From positions 80,758 through 144,757 of the forward strand of contig JBNIDQ010000006.1 of NCBI GenBank assembly GCA_050108135.1: DNA of 64,000 nt. Direction: 5' to 3'. The notes beneath the pieces are model-generated. The model saw only the letters and a list, made by a program, of their open reading frames with translations. It was not told the origin of the DNA and made no database searches. The DNA is from Candidatus Bathyarchaeia archaeon. Lineage in GTDB: Archaea; Thermoproteota; Bathyarchaeia; Bathyarchaeales; Bathycorpusculaceae. The position numbers and the translations under genes are program-made. Of the stretch, positions 1-10,118 are shown piece after piece; position 1 is the stretch's first letter; each line of letters opens with the position of its first letter.

Positions 1-750
1 AAATACGAAATGTTCTTAGACAAGGGCGGTAAAAAAATTAGCAAGTCAGCTGGTAACGTGTTCACTCCACAAGTTTGGTTCCAATACGGTTCACCCCAAT
101 CACTGCTTTTGTTGATGCTTAAACGGTTCGTTGGCACCAGAAGCCTTGACGTTTCAGACATTCCATCATACATGAATGAGCTTGACGATCTTGAAGACGT
201 GTACTTTGGCAAAAAACAGTTAAACCCCAAGGAAGCTGCACGACTAAAAGGCATCTACCAATACTGCTGGGTAATGAAGCCACCAGAAAAGGCAAGCATC
301 CACGTACCCTACAATTTATTGGCATTCCTTGTGAAGATGGCGCCAAAAGAATGCATAACGGATTACGTTGTCGAGAAACTGCAAAGTTACGGTTACTTGC
401 AAAAGAACCAAAAAATCGACGAAGGCTTAGCCACACGCATAACTTACGCAGAAAACTGGTCACGCGACTTTGAAGAAATCAAGGAAGCTGCAGTCACCTT
501 AACTCCCGAAGCTAAAAAAGCCATTACAGAACTGCTTCAAAACTTGGCTGCTGCTGATGACCCTGACAAGATTCAGAACGCCATTTTCAGCGCCGCCAAA
601 AACAACGGAATGAAACCGGGCGAATTTTTCAAAACGCTTTACGCCGTTTTGATGGGTGCGCCTCAAGGTCCACGGTTAGGTCCTTACGTTTTGGCTATGG
701 GTAAGCAGAATGTTTCTGCAGCGCTTCAAAGAGCCTTAAACAAGCAGTAA
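1..750 (+). CDS. lysS: Class I lysyl-tRNA synthetase, C-terminal part (gene starts before the window)
   Basis: Frame is open from base 1 (KYEMFLD...). KISKS is a KMSKS-type signature, and the C-terminal anticodon-binding region FFKTLYAVLMGAPQGPRLG is typical of LysRS-I. Confidence 0.92.
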   Translation, partial: KYEMFLDKGGKKISKSAGNVFTPQVWFQYGSPQSLLLLMLKRFVGTRSLDVSDIPSYMNELDDLEDVYFGKKQLNPKEAARLKGIYQYCWVMKPPEKASIHVPYNLLAFLVKMAPKECITDYVVEKLQSYGYLQKNQKIDEGLATRITYAENWSRDFEEIKEAAVTLTPEAKKAITELLQNLAAADDPDKIQNAIFSAAKNNGMKPGEFFKTLYAVLMGAPQGPRLGPYVLAMGKQNVSAALQRALNKQ

Positions 751-993
751 ATCTTTTTCTTTTTTTTTGACTTTTTTCTTTTTTGCTTTGTTGTAGGAGG
801 TAACAATTCATTTTTGTAAAACTGGTGTGTGTATCTTTTTTTATATTTTTTTGTTTTTTTGCATTTTTTTTAATTTTTGTGTGTTATATTTTTTTATTTG
901 AAAAATTTGTTGGTTTTTTTGCTTTGTTGGTGGGCGTGATACAAAATTTTATAACAAAACAGGTCAGTAAGGGATGCTATCACTTACAGCTAA

Positions 994-3648
994 GTGAGTG
1001 AAAAACAGGTAAAAAATATGTCAAATCTAAAAATATCAAAAAACAACAAAGCATTAGTTTCAATGATACTTTTAGGCTTGCTAATGGCGACAATGCTTCT
1101 CACAACTGCCCCAACAACAGCACAAAGCTCTGGCGGAGAGATAGACACACAAGGAGGACCTCCAGGCGGCGGCTATGAAGGACCAACCACCGTTCCTGCA
1201 GGCGAAACAGCAGACTACACAATCAGCGACCTAGCCTTCCTCAGTGTCTCACCAAACCCAATTGGTGTCGGCCAACAAGCGTTGGTTAATCTGTGGATTA
1301 CTTTTCCATCCGGCGAAGGCAAATACATGAACGGCTACAAAGTAGTCATAACTGATCCTGACGGAGGCAAACAAGAGGTTAACCTCAAATCATACGTGGC
1401 AGATGGTACAAGCTGGTTTTCTTATACTCCACTGAAAGTTGGCACATACCAGTTTCAGTTCTTCTTTGCAGGCGAATACTTCCCAGCAGGATACTACACT
1501 AACGGAAAATACTCAACAACCCGCACGGGAGACTTTGCAGACGCAATCTACAACCCATCAGTTTACTGTACACCAGCGCAATCACCAGTAACCAACCTTA
1601 CAGTGCAAGAAGACATGGTTCTTTCATGGTCTTCGCCTTTGCCATCTGATTATTGGTCACGCCCAATCCAACCAAATAACCGTGAATGGAACGCAATCTC
1701 TGGAAACTATCCATGGATGGAAGCAAACATTGTCGGCGTTACAGGTAACGCGTGGCATGACAACTATTATGGCCCCTACATCCCAGCGGTAAACACGCCA
1801 CACATTGTTTGGAAACGTGTGGGTGCAATTGCAGGCATTATAGGCGGCGAGACAGGACAATACTCGGCACTTGCAAGTCCAGGAACTCCAAACGTAATCT
1901 ACATGGGTAGAGCATACCAAACAAGGTATGAGACAATCAACGGTGTGCCAACTAACTGTGCAGTTTCCTATGACTTACGTACTGGCGAACTATATTATGC
2001 GATTCCAGTTACTCAGGGCGGAGTCACACCTACTCACATCACATACATCTATCCCGGAGACAGCACAATAGTGCCTGGTGCAATTGCGTCATCAAGCCTA
2101 ACAGTTGAACTAAGCACTATCAGCGGCGGAAGACTATACAAGATAAACCCGCTTACAGGTGCAGTGACAGCAAACATTTCCCTACCAAACTTCTCAGGCA
2201 ACGGTGGTAACGCTGAATTGTTCTTCAGAGATGGCTACTACTATAGCTTCCAAGGCGTTAACACAACCACAAACATTCCGGCTCCAGACATCAACGTTAC
2301 AACATCATACGGCGGCTACTTAATCAAGTGGACTTCAGCAGGTTCAACAAGCAACTTTGCAAGCAGAATAATCAGCAACGTCAGTGTTGTTTTGCCCACA
2401 AGCTACAGAACACTTTATCAAACCAGCAACTACGGCAACATCGGTGCAGCTATCGACTATGAAACAATGATTAGTGTACAGCAACATAGATTCCTTTACG
2501 GTGGCTTCTATGGTTACAGTTTAGTAGCTCAAGACTTAACAACAGGCCAAATCCTGTGGGAATATTATTCATCAGACGATGAAATGTCCTCAGCTTATCG
2601 ACCAACTAACGCTTGGGTAAGAGACGGCAGGTACATCGCTGAAATGGAACGTGGTTACATTAAAGCTTGGGACCTACATACAGGTAATGAACTTTGGACA
2701 CTTGAAATTGATGACTATCCGTGGGGAGAATTCTGGATGTACGATGAAGCTGCATATCAAGACTTGATTTTCGCAACAGGCTACACAGGGGTTTGGGCAA
2801 TTAACCAGACAAACGGTCAAGTAGTCTGGCAGTATGCTGACCCAGCAATGCCCTTTGAAACACCATACACATCTGAAGGAGCATCAACATATACAGTGCA
2901 AGACATCAGAGTAATTGGCGGATTACTATACGTTTCAGACAACGAACATACACCAAGCCAGCCAGCACAACGTGGTTGGGGCATGATGTGTATTGATGCA
3001 TTGACTGGAGAGCTTCAATGGAAACTTTCCGGAACACGCATGCAAGCAGGCGCAGCAGCAGACGGCTACTTAACAGCAGCAAGCAACTATGACGGAACCA
3101 TGTACGTGCTAGGCAAGAGCCAAAGCAAGACTACCCTTTCAGGACCACAAGTTGCAGTCGCGCAAGGCAGCAGTGTTGTCTTAACGGGTACAGTGCTTGA
3201 TCAAGCTCCAGCTTCAGAAGGCATCGCATGTGTTTCCGATGAAAGCATGTCAACTTGGATGGATTATGTCCACCTTCAAATGCCAATTGACGGAATCTAC
3301 CATAACGTAACCATAACTGGTGTACCAGTCTCTATTGATGCAGTTGATCCAAACGGCAACTACATTCACGTCGGTGATACAGTCAGCGATATGAGCGGAA
3401 CATTCAGCTACGTCTGGCAACCTGAAAACGTAGGCAAATACACTGTAACTGCAACCTTCATGGGCAGCAATGCTTATGGTTCTTCTTACGGTGAAACAGC
3501 CGTCGGCGTAGTAGCAGCTCCACAACAAACAGAAACACCAACAACAAACACTATCACATTGCCACCATTCGAGCTTTACATTGCCGCTTCAACAATTGCA
3601 ATAATTGCTGCAGTTGCAGTAATTGGCTTGATGCTCAGAAAGAAGTAA
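994..3648 (+). CDS. Secreted, C-terminally anchored PQQ-like beta-propeller surface protein
   Basis: N-terminal signal-like hydrophobic stretch, repeated D/N-xx-TG-xxx-W motifs (DLTTGQILW, DLHTGNELW, DALTGELQW), Thr-rich linker, C-terminal TM helix followed by a basic tail (LRKK). Confidence 0.8.
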   Translation: MSEKQVKNMSNLKISKNNKALVSMILLGLLMATMLLTTAPTTAQSSGGEIDTQGGPPGGGYEGPTTVPAGETADYTISDLAFLSVSPNPIGVGQQALVNLWITFPSGEGKYMNGYKVVITDPDGGKQEVNLKSYVADGTSWFSYTPLKVGTYQFQFFFAGEYFPAGYYTNGKYSTTRTGDFADAIYNPSVYCTPAQSPVTNLTVQEDMVLSWSSPLPSDYWSRPIQPNNREWNAISGNYPWMEANIVGVTGNAWHDNYYGPYIPAVNTPHIVWKRVGAIAGIIGGETGQYSALASPGTPNVIYMGRAYQTRYETINGVPTNCAVSYDLRTGELYYAIPVTQGGVTPTHITYIYPGDSTIVPGAIASSSLTVELSTISGGRLYKINPLTGAVTANISLPNFSGNGGNAELFFRDGYYYSFQGVNTTTNIPAPDINVTTSYGGYLIKWTSAGSTSNFASRIISNVSVVLPTSYRTLYQTSNYGNIGAAIDYETMISVQQHRFLYGGFYGYSLVAQDLTTGQILWEYYSSDDEMSSAYRPTNAWVRDGRYIAEMERGYIKAWDLHTGNELWTLEIDDYPWGEFWMYDEAAYQDLIFATGYTGVWAINQTNGQVVWQYADPAMPFETPYTSEGASTYTVQDIRVIGGLLYVSDNEHTPSQPAQRGWGMMCIDALTGELQWKLSGTRMQAGAAADGYLTAASNYDGTMYVLGKSQSKTTLSGPQVAVAQGSSVVLTGTVLDQAPASEGIACVSDESMSTWMDYVHLQMPIDGIYHNVTITGVPVSIDAVDPNGNYIHVGDTVSDMSGTFSYVWQPENVGKYTVTATFMGSNAYGSSYGETAVGVVAAPQQTETPTTNTITLPPFELYIAASTIAIIAAVAVIGLMLRKK

Positions 3649-3759
3649 ACGCATCCAAAAACAAAAACCAAACTCTTTTTTCTTTTTTTATTTTTAGCAA
3701 AGTTTTAAAAACAAATTTTTAGCCTAAAAAAGTGGCGTTAAAGAAAAGAAAAATTTGTT

Positions 3760-4380
3760 TTATTGTTTTATGAGTTTTAACGTGTTGGTTTGGGTGTAAA
3801 CGTTTTGTTCGTACACGCCTTCCCAGTGGTCATGCCATGTGCCTTCCATTTGGTGAGTTGTGAAAGTGAAAACGCCTACAGTGCCGATTTGGTGTATTGG
3901 TCCTTGGTCGGATTGTGTGATGGTTAATTGTGTGCCGTTGACTGTGCCTTTATACGTCATGGGTGAAACGTCTGGAATATAACCTGAACCTGAGATGAGT
4001 TGGCGGTTTGAATATGTGTAGCTTACTTCTACGTTTACAATGTTTTCTTGGCTTGTTCCTGTTATTTTAAATGTCACTGTGCGGTTTTCTGTGCCTACAT
4101 CCTCGATTGACCATGAATTAGCGTCTGTGGCTATAGTGAATTGGGTGGGTATTGCTGTTTTCCATGTTCCCTCGATGTCTCTTGTTGGTGAGAGAACGTT
4201 TGGAATGCTTATGCCCATGTCACTGAAAAAGCCTGAAAAATAAAGAGCTCCTACAACACAAACGATGAGTATTACAGCCGGTATTGCTTGGGAGCTTTTT
4301 AATGATTTTTTAACTGGGGCTTGAGAATTTTTTGACAACTTTGTCTTGTCACCTTGGTTTCGTACGATAGCGGCGTCCAT
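3760..4380 (-). CDS. Hypothetical membrane-anchored protein
   Basis: 206-aa ORF with one N-terminal TM segment followed by a beta-rich domain. Confidence 0.65.
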   Translation of the reverse strand: MDAAIVRNQGDKTKLSKNSQAPVKKSLKSSQAIPAVILIVCVVGALYFSGFFSDMGISIPNVLSPTRDIEGTWKTAIPTQFTIATDANSWSIEDVGTENRTVTFKITGTSQENIVNVEVSYTYSNRQLISGSGYIPDVSPMTYKGTVNGTQLTITQSDQGPIHQIGTVGVFTFTTHQMEGTWHDHWEGVYEQNVYTQTNTLKLIKQ

Positions 4381-4495
4381 GATTAAAAACCTTGCTTATC
4401 CCTGCTAAGCCTAAAAAACGGTATAGCTTCCATCAACCTGTCCAGTGATTAGCCTTAAATTCTCTAACCAAAGAATCATTAAACCGTGAACAAGC

Positions 4496-5470
4496 ATGGT
4501 AACCATCATTAACCAAGAAGTACAATGGACCGCAAACAACCTTCCCATCTGGGGCACAATAACCCGACCAAAAGACGAAAACCCTCACGTCGCGGTTGTT
4601 TTTGTAGCCGGCAGTGGTCCAACAGACAGAGACTGGTGCTCCCCATTTTTACCAGGAAAAAACGGCAGCGCCAAACTGTTGGCTGAAACCCTAGCAGAAA
4701 ACGGCTACATCACTTTGCGGTATGACAAGATTGCTTCTGGTCCTCATGCTGTAGAAAACGTGCCTAAAATGATTGGAAAAGTCGGCATGCAGAGTCATGT
4801 TGCGGAACTGACTGGCGCTGTTGAAGCATTAATCAAAGAAAGAGGCGTGGATAAAAGCAGTATTTTTGTGTTAACAAGCAGTGAAGGTGCGGTTCACGCA
4901 TTGAACTATCAAATGCAAGCTGCAATTAAGTTTAGGGGCTTGATTTTAACTGGGGCTCCGGGTAGGTCTATTGGTGAAGTAGCACGCGAACAACTAGCTA
5001 ATCAATTAGCCCCCTTGCCCAACGGAGCTGTCATCTTAAAACAGTATGATGTTTCGATAGATGCCTTCTCAAAAGGTGAACCAATAAATCCAGACCCAAC
5101 ACTTCCCGACGGCATCAAAAACCTGTTGCTCGCACTTGAAACCCCAGTAAACATGCCTTTCACCCGAGAACTATGGAATTATGCTCCTTCAGAATACATT
5201 TCAAAAATCCAAGTACCAATACTGGTTGTTATAGGCAAAAAAGACATACAGGCAAATTGGCAAGCTGACGGCAAAGCACTTGAAAACGCCAAAAAAGCTT
5301 CAGAAGTATCTTTTGTTTACCCTGAAAATGCTGACCATGTCTTAAAACATGAAGAAACACCCCCCGAGAAGCTAAACGCAAACATAGCCATCAACTACAA
5401 CGTTGAAGGCCGCAAGCTTGATGATGAAGCCGTTAACGCGATTCTAAGCTGGCTTTCAACCCATTCTTAA
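4496..5470 (+). CDS. Alpha/beta-fold hydrolase
   Basis: VVFVAGSGPTDRD motif, nucleophile-elbow-like LTSSEGA, GKKDIQ (Asp) and ADHVLK (His) motifs. Confidence 0.8.
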   Translation: MVTIINQEVQWTANNLPIWGTITRPKDENPHVAVVFVAGSGPTDRDWCSPFLPGKNGSAKLLAETLAENGYITLRYDKIASGPHAVENVPKMIGKVGMQSHVAELTGAVEALIKERGVDKSSIFVLTSSEGAVHALNYQMQAAIKFRGLILTGAPGRSIGEVAREQLANQLAPLPNGAVILKQYDVSIDAFSKGEPINPDPTLPDGIKNLLLALETPVNMPFTRELWNYAPSEYISKIQVPILVVIGKKDIQANWQADGKALENAKKASEVSFVYPENADHVLKHEETPPEKLNANIAINYNVEGRKLDDEAVNAILSWLSTHS

Positions 5471-5616
5471 CCCCTTTCCCATTTAGCGGGGTATCTCTTG
5501 TTTTTTGACCGGCTTTCTTGTTTTGGAATCCTGCCTGAATGTCTTGCTAATCAAAAATTGTTGTTTGGTTTGAGTCAGGTTTATTTAGTTCTGGGTTGTA
5601 GTTTAGTGCTGGTTCT

Positions 5617-5695
5617 GGGCTCGTCGTCTAGTACGGATTATGACACCAGCCTGCGGAGCTGGAGGTCCTGGGTTCAAATCCCAGCGGGCCCGCCA
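5617..5695 (+). tRNA. tRNA-Arg(GCG), CCA encoded, no intron
   Basis: Acceptor stem GGGCTCG/CGGGCCC, anticodon arm CCAGC-CTGCGGA-GCTGG, T-arm CTGGG-TTCAAAT-CCCAG, discriminator G then CCA. Confidence 0.95.
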
Positions 5696-5697
5696 CC
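5681..5697 (+). repeat. attL-like direct repeat (tRNA-Arg 3' end)
   Basis: Identical to 9424-9440. Confidence 0.85.
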
Positions 5698-5886
5698 CAC
5701 CAAACGAATTTATCCTGCACACAAACTTTCCCTTCTCTTTTTTTAATCTCTGGTTGATAGCATTTTTCAAGGGATAGGTAGAACATAGAAAAAAATAATT
5801 TTATTCCCAGCAGGGTTACGCATATTTGGATGGCAATATCTGAGTTAGCCAAGTTTTTTATTTCCAGTTAGCCCACATAACATTTT

Positions 5887-6195
5887 ATGAAGTCGAAAGT
5901 CAAGCAAGTGGAAGCTTGCATGAGAGAGTTAAAGCTTCATGGAATGGTCGTGGAGACGGGGCTGCAAGAGGGCCAACAAGCATATGTCCTAAGCAGTAAA
6001 GCCATCAGTGCGATAAATGACGCCATGCACAAGATGCGAGAGCAGTACCCAGACATACCAGAAGAGGACATTAAGGTTAAAGCACTGATTTTTGTGGTTC
6101 TGCACAACATGGGTTTAGTCGTAGACAAGAGTTTGCTCGTCTACATGAACATCCTCAACAGCCTCTCCGATTGGAAACTAATCGACCAACAATAA
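5887..6195 (+). CDS. Hypothetical protein (element cargo)
   Basis: 102-aa ORF with ATG start and plausible composition; no family recognised. Confidence 0.55.
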   Translation: MKSKVKQVEACMRELKLHGMVVETGLQEGQQAYVLSSKAISAINDAMHKMREQYPDIPEEDIKVKALIFVVLHNMGLVVDKSLLVYMNILNSLSDWKLIDQQ

Positions 6196-6451
6196 CTAAA
6201 AGCTTCAAGCACAAATCTGAAAGCCTAATAGCTACAGCCCCCAATAGGTAATATGGGTGAGGAGCGCCTGTGAAAACGGTTTTCTACCCTCACGCACTCA
6301 AATTTCTGTGGGTAGAAATAAGTCAGATACTTTAAACCGTCGAGTAGGAGCAGTCTCACCCATAAGTTGCATTACAGTTATCTTTAGACATTTGCTTAAC
6401 TATTTGACTACTTCATAGTCTCTTGTTCTTGCCCCTCTCCATGATAGGTGA

Positions 6452-6475
6452 TTAGTCAAGGAAACTTGACGAAAA
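6452..6475 (+). promoter_or_regulatory. GTCAA-N6-TTGAC operator, copy 1, upstream of BRE/TATA
   Basis: TTAGTCAAGGAAACTTGACGAAAA followed by GACTTAAAAAG (TATA-like), about 40 bp upstream of the ATG at 6516. Confidence 0.75.
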
Positions 6476-6515
6476 GACTTAAAAAGTCTAGAAAATCTCC
6501 TCTTTTTGATAAAGT

Positions 6516-7388
6516 ATGAAGCAACGGAAACTGGCATTAGCTGCCATTTTAACGTTTGCAGTTTCAATGTTGGTTTTACTACAGGTTGTTGGTTTTGTCA
6601 ATTTAGCTGCTCAGACGAATTCAGCCGTAACTATCAGGCCTGACGGGAGCATAGAGGGAACAAGCCAAATCCAACGGCAAGAGGATACCTACACTTTGAT
6701 GGGTAACCTCTCATGCAGCATTTATGTTCAGAGAAGCGGTATTGTGATTGACGGAGCAGGCTACGCAATTAATGGAGGCGGTGAAGGAACCGGAATAGAC
6801 CTTAACAACTATCATGGAGTAGATTCTTCACGCGCTCAAATAACTAATGTGACGGTGAAGAACCTAAAGATCACAAATTTTGGTCATGCAGTAGAGTTCA
6901 TACCCTCGGTTAACAACACTTTCATCGGTAACTATGTGAAAGACTGCTACTGTGGCTTTTACATATGGCACTCTGCCAACAATACGCTAATACACAATAC
7001 AATCGAAAATTGCGTATCTGGAATCAGTATCAGCTTCGGAGGCAACGGCAACATCATCACGGAAAACAACATCTTAAACTCCAGCGTTTTTGTTATGAGG
7101 CAATGTCCAGATAACAAAGTTGACCGGAACTACTGGAGCAATTACACAACAAGGTATCCAAACGCCGAGGAAATAGAGGACACAGGCATATGGGATACGC
7201 CCTACGAAGGACATGAAGCCTTTACTGATAATCATCCTCTGGTTGAGATAATCAATATTGAAACGCCCTTACCACCAACAAATACGGGTAACCAAACCCT
7301 CGAAATCCAGTCCACATTATTCCTCGTGATAGCAGTGTCAGTATTGGCGGTTGTACTTTACTTTAGGAGAAAAACGCAAAAGGGATAG
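6516..7388 (+). CDS. NosD/CASH-type right-handed beta-helix surface protein
   Basis: Signal peptide, TIRPDGSIEG start, IVIDGAGYAI, Asn-rich coil repeats, NYWSNY...GIWDTPY motif, C-terminal TM plus basic tail. Confidence 0.85.
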   Translation: MKQRKLALAAILTFAVSMLVLLQVVGFVNLAAQTNSAVTIRPDGSIEGTSQIQRQEDTYTLMGNLSCSIYVQRSGIVIDGAGYAINGGGEGTGIDLNNYHGVDSSRAQITNVTVKNLKITNFGHAVEFIPSVNNTFIGNYVKDCYCGFYIWHSANNTLIHNTIENCVSGISISFGGNGNIITENNILNSSVFVMRQCPDNKVDRNYWSNYTTRYPNAEEIEDTGIWDTPYEGHEAFTDNHPLVEIINIETPLPPTNTGNQTLEIQSTLFLVIAVSVLAVVLYFRRKTQKG

Positions 7389-7393
7389 GAACT

Positions 7394-8512
7394 TTGATGA
7401 AAAAAGCAGTAGTATTGTTGCTTGTTTATATTTTGGCCGCAGTTTCCATTACAATTCTTCCCGAAAATGCATCGACTTCAGAAGCAACTGAAAATTCTTG
7501 GAGTACCAAAACACCATTGCCTGAGGTGGTAGGTGGCGTTAGGGCTGCTGTTGTAGATGGAAAGATACATGTTATTGGAGGCTCAATTCACTATGTTTAT
7601 GACCCAGCCAAGAACGATTGGACCGCCAAAAAGCCCCTGCCTACTGCAAGGCAATATTTCGGCATCGCTGTATGCCAGAATAAAATCTACGCAATAGGTG
7701 GAGGCTTGTGGAATTCTGACGTAGGGTGGGTTACGAGCAACGTGACCGAAGTCTATGATCCTATAACAGATAGCTGGGAAACCAAGACTGCTATGCCCAC
7801 CAGCCGAATGTCCCTATCGGCCAATGAGGTTGACGGAAAGATTTACCTAATCGGCGGACAAACGGGTGGCCCATCTTCGATCGTCGGTTTAAATGAAGTC
7901 TACGATGTTGCCAACGATTCTTGGACAATCAAGGAGCCAATTCATTATCCGGTTGATAGTTATGCGTCTGCTGTTGTTGACCACAAAATCTATGTTATAG
8001 GTGGGTTTGAGGGTTTGTATCATGGTGTTCCTGTCGGTTACACTCAGATTTATGACCCCCTGATAGATAGCTGGAGTCTTGGGGCTTCGCTTCCAGAAAT
8101 TGTGCGGAGTGCTGCTGCTGGAGCGACGACTGGAATATCAGCGCCAAAGAGAATTTATGTTGTCGGTGGAGCGCAGGATATGGTCGCCTGCAACTATACT
8201 CAAATTTATAATATCGATAATGACTCATGGATGTTAGGGGCTCAAATGCCGACCGCTCGTAGTTCACTATCAGTCGCAGTTGTTAATGATGTACTGTATG
8301 CAATTGGGGGCTCTCTTGGTCCTATGACCCCTTTCATGACAACAGTTGAACAGTACTTACCTTTCGGCTATAGCACCCCTGTGTCCTCAGTTTCCTCGGT
8401 TGATGGGAATGGGCTAACAGCGTCTAATGTTGTGCTAATTGTTGCTGTTTCTATCATCATTACCGTTGCTGGTGCTGGCTTGCTGATTTACTTGAAGAAA
8501 CGCAACGGTTGA
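7394..8512 (+). CDS. Kelch-repeat surface protein
   Basis: Repeated KIYxIGG...YDP..DSW kelch units, signal peptide, C-terminal TM plus KKR. Confidence 0.9.
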   Translation: MMKKAVVLLLVYILAAVSITILPENASTSEATENSWSTKTPLPEVVGGVRAAVVDGKIHVIGGSIHYVYDPAKNDWTAKKPLPTARQYFGIAVCQNKIYAIGGGLWNSDVGWVTSNVTEVYDPITDSWETKTAMPTSRMSLSANEVDGKIYLIGGQTGGPSSIVGLNEVYDVANDSWTIKEPIHYPVDSYASAVVDHKIYVIGGFEGLYHGVPVGYTQIYDPLIDSWSLGASLPEIVRSAAAGATTGISAPKRIYVVGGAQDMVACNYTQIYNIDNDSWMLGAQMPTARSSLSVAVVNDVLYAIGGSLGPMTPFMTTVEQYLPFGYSTPVSSVSSVDGNGLTASNVVLIVAVSIIITVAGAGLLIYLKKRNG

Positions 8513-8632
8513 CTTATTCACGTCGCCATAGCGTTCGAATATCTAACATTAATGCTTTCCCTTGACTTCTTGGCAGTTAATGTTTATTCTGAGATAGAGC
8601 ATGGTCAACACGCTTAATGCGTACCTGCTCAT

Positions 8633-9400
8633 TTGTCCAGCCATCTGATACTAATATCGTTTAGAATAGCTCAAAAAAGGGAAAAAGGATCAAAACTCAA
8701 GTACCGACATGTCCAAGAAGACCTAGAAAACAACCGCATACCAATTCACGTCCACGTTGAAGCAGAAATCACCAAGGGCAAATACCACGACTATGACACG
8801 TTCCTAGCCACAGAAGCCGTCCAATTCCTAAAGCTGTATCTTGAGCAACGCAAGAAGGGCACAAGACGAATTCCGTCCGAAATCTTAACCGAAGAATCAC
8901 CGCTATTCAGAGACGGAACCACAAGCACACCCAGAAGCATTGGCTCAAAGCAAATCCGCAAGCTAGTTCATGACCTCTACATTCAAGCGGGGCTTATCAA
9001 ACAGAAAAGAGGACGCATGTACGACCTAAGAGTTCACAGCTTACGCAAATACTTCAAGACGCAGATGCTAGCGCTCGGCGTTCAAGGAGACTACGTTGAC
9101 TACATGATGGGACATACAGTCGATACCTACCATGATATTCAAAGCCTCGGCATAGACAAACTCCGAAACGTCTACACGGCATCGGGTCTTTGCATAAGAC
9201 AAAAGACGCAGATTAACAAGCTTGAGACAGTTAAGGAAATGATACGGGCGCTAGGAATGAACCCGGACCAGCTACTAACTAAGGATGCATTAGCTGAAGG
9301 TGCAACAACCTACAAAGACCAAGGAGACTTAGAAAACCATCAACTTTCAGTGCTCAACAGTCAACTCAGGCAGTTAATTCACCAAGCGGCAACAGGATAA
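8633..9400 (+). pseudogene. Tyrosine recombinase/integrase, N-terminally truncated
   Basis: Retains ITKGK, HSLRKYF and YMMGH...Y motifs. Homology seems to begin at KLKYRHV, just after where the first catalytic Arg should be. No N-terminal domain is present. Confidence 0.8.
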
Positions 9401-9423
9401 ATTCGTGTCAGGGCTGTCGAATA

Positions 9424-9440
9424 CCAGCGGGCCCGCCACC
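9424..9440 (+). repeat. attR-like direct repeat
   Basis: CCAGCGGGCCCGCCACC, preceded by a degenerate T-loop (TCGAATA vs TCAAATC in the tRNA). Confidence 0.85.
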
Positions 9441-9460
9441 ACAATTCTAAACTGCCTTTT

Positions 9461-10114
9461 TTGTCAGGCGACACCATGAAAACTCCCAAGCTCACCGATA
9501 CCATGCTCAACCAGTTCCAATGCCCCACAGGCAAAATCGGCAAAACAATAGCTGCAAGAATGAACAAAGAACACGACCAACTAACCAATTGGGGCTTAAG
9601 CCACGTAAAAATAGAACCTGATTTTACTGTTCTGGACATAGGCGTCGGCGGAGGCAGAACTGTTGGCAAACTGGCCAGCCTTGCATTTAATGGTAAAGTT
9701 TTTGGCATCGACTATTCACGTGACATGGTCGATTTTTCCAAGGTACAGAATCAGCAGTTGGTGGCTGAAGGCAAAATACAGCTTGTCCAAGGCTCTGTTG
9801 ACGCCTTAAGCTTCCTTGGCGGTCAATTTGATTTGGTTACGGCGGTTGAAACCTGCTATTTCTGGCCTGACTTGCCCAAAGCTTTCAGAGAAGTAAACCG
9901 TGTTCTCAAGCAAGGAGGCAAACTGTTAATCATAAGCGAGATGACTAAAGACGGCAAATTCGAAGTTGAGCATGCTGAAATAATCGCCAAAACACATGTC
10001 AAACTTTACACGTTAACCGAACTGCAGGGTATGCTTGAAGCTGCAGGTTTCGGTGTTGAGGTTTCAAGAAAGCCTAATTCGTACTGGAATGTAATTGTTG
10101 CCCAAAAACGGTAA
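9461..10114 (+). CDS. Class I SAM-dependent methyltransferase
   Basis: VLDIGVGGG motif I, GIDYS motif II, FDLVTA and RVLKQGG motifs. Confidence 0.9.
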   Translation: MSGDTMKTPKLTDTMLNQFQCPTGKIGKTIAARMNKEHDQLTNWGLSHVKIEPDFTVLDIGVGGGRTVGKLASLAFNGKVFGIDYSRDMVDFSKVQNQQLVAEGKIQLVQGSVDALSFLGGQFDLVTAVETCYFWPDLPKAFREVNRVLKQGGKLLIISEMTKDGKFEVEHAEIIAKTHVKLYTLTELQGMLEAAGFGVEVSRKPNSYWNVIVAQKR

Positions 10115-10118
10115 ATTG

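Larger units (their letters stand above)
5681..9440 (+). mobile_element. Decayed integrative element inserted at the 3' end of tRNA-Arg
   Basis: 17-bp direct repeat CCAGCGGGCCCGCCACC at 5681-5697 and 9424-9440, with a tyrosine-recombinase remnant next to the distal copy. Confidence 0.85.

Noticed and set aside
751-935. Very T-rich intergenic stretch as a tandem repeat
   Set aside because: It is low-complexity poly-T, consistent with archaeal terminators and similar to other intergenic regions here; no periodic unit is visible.
5628-5852. 74-aa minus-strand ORF overlapping tRNA-Arg
   Set aside because: Its C-terminal third is the antisense tRNA translation (GPLGFEPRTS). At most the N-terminal part is a remnant, and it is not supportable as a CDS.
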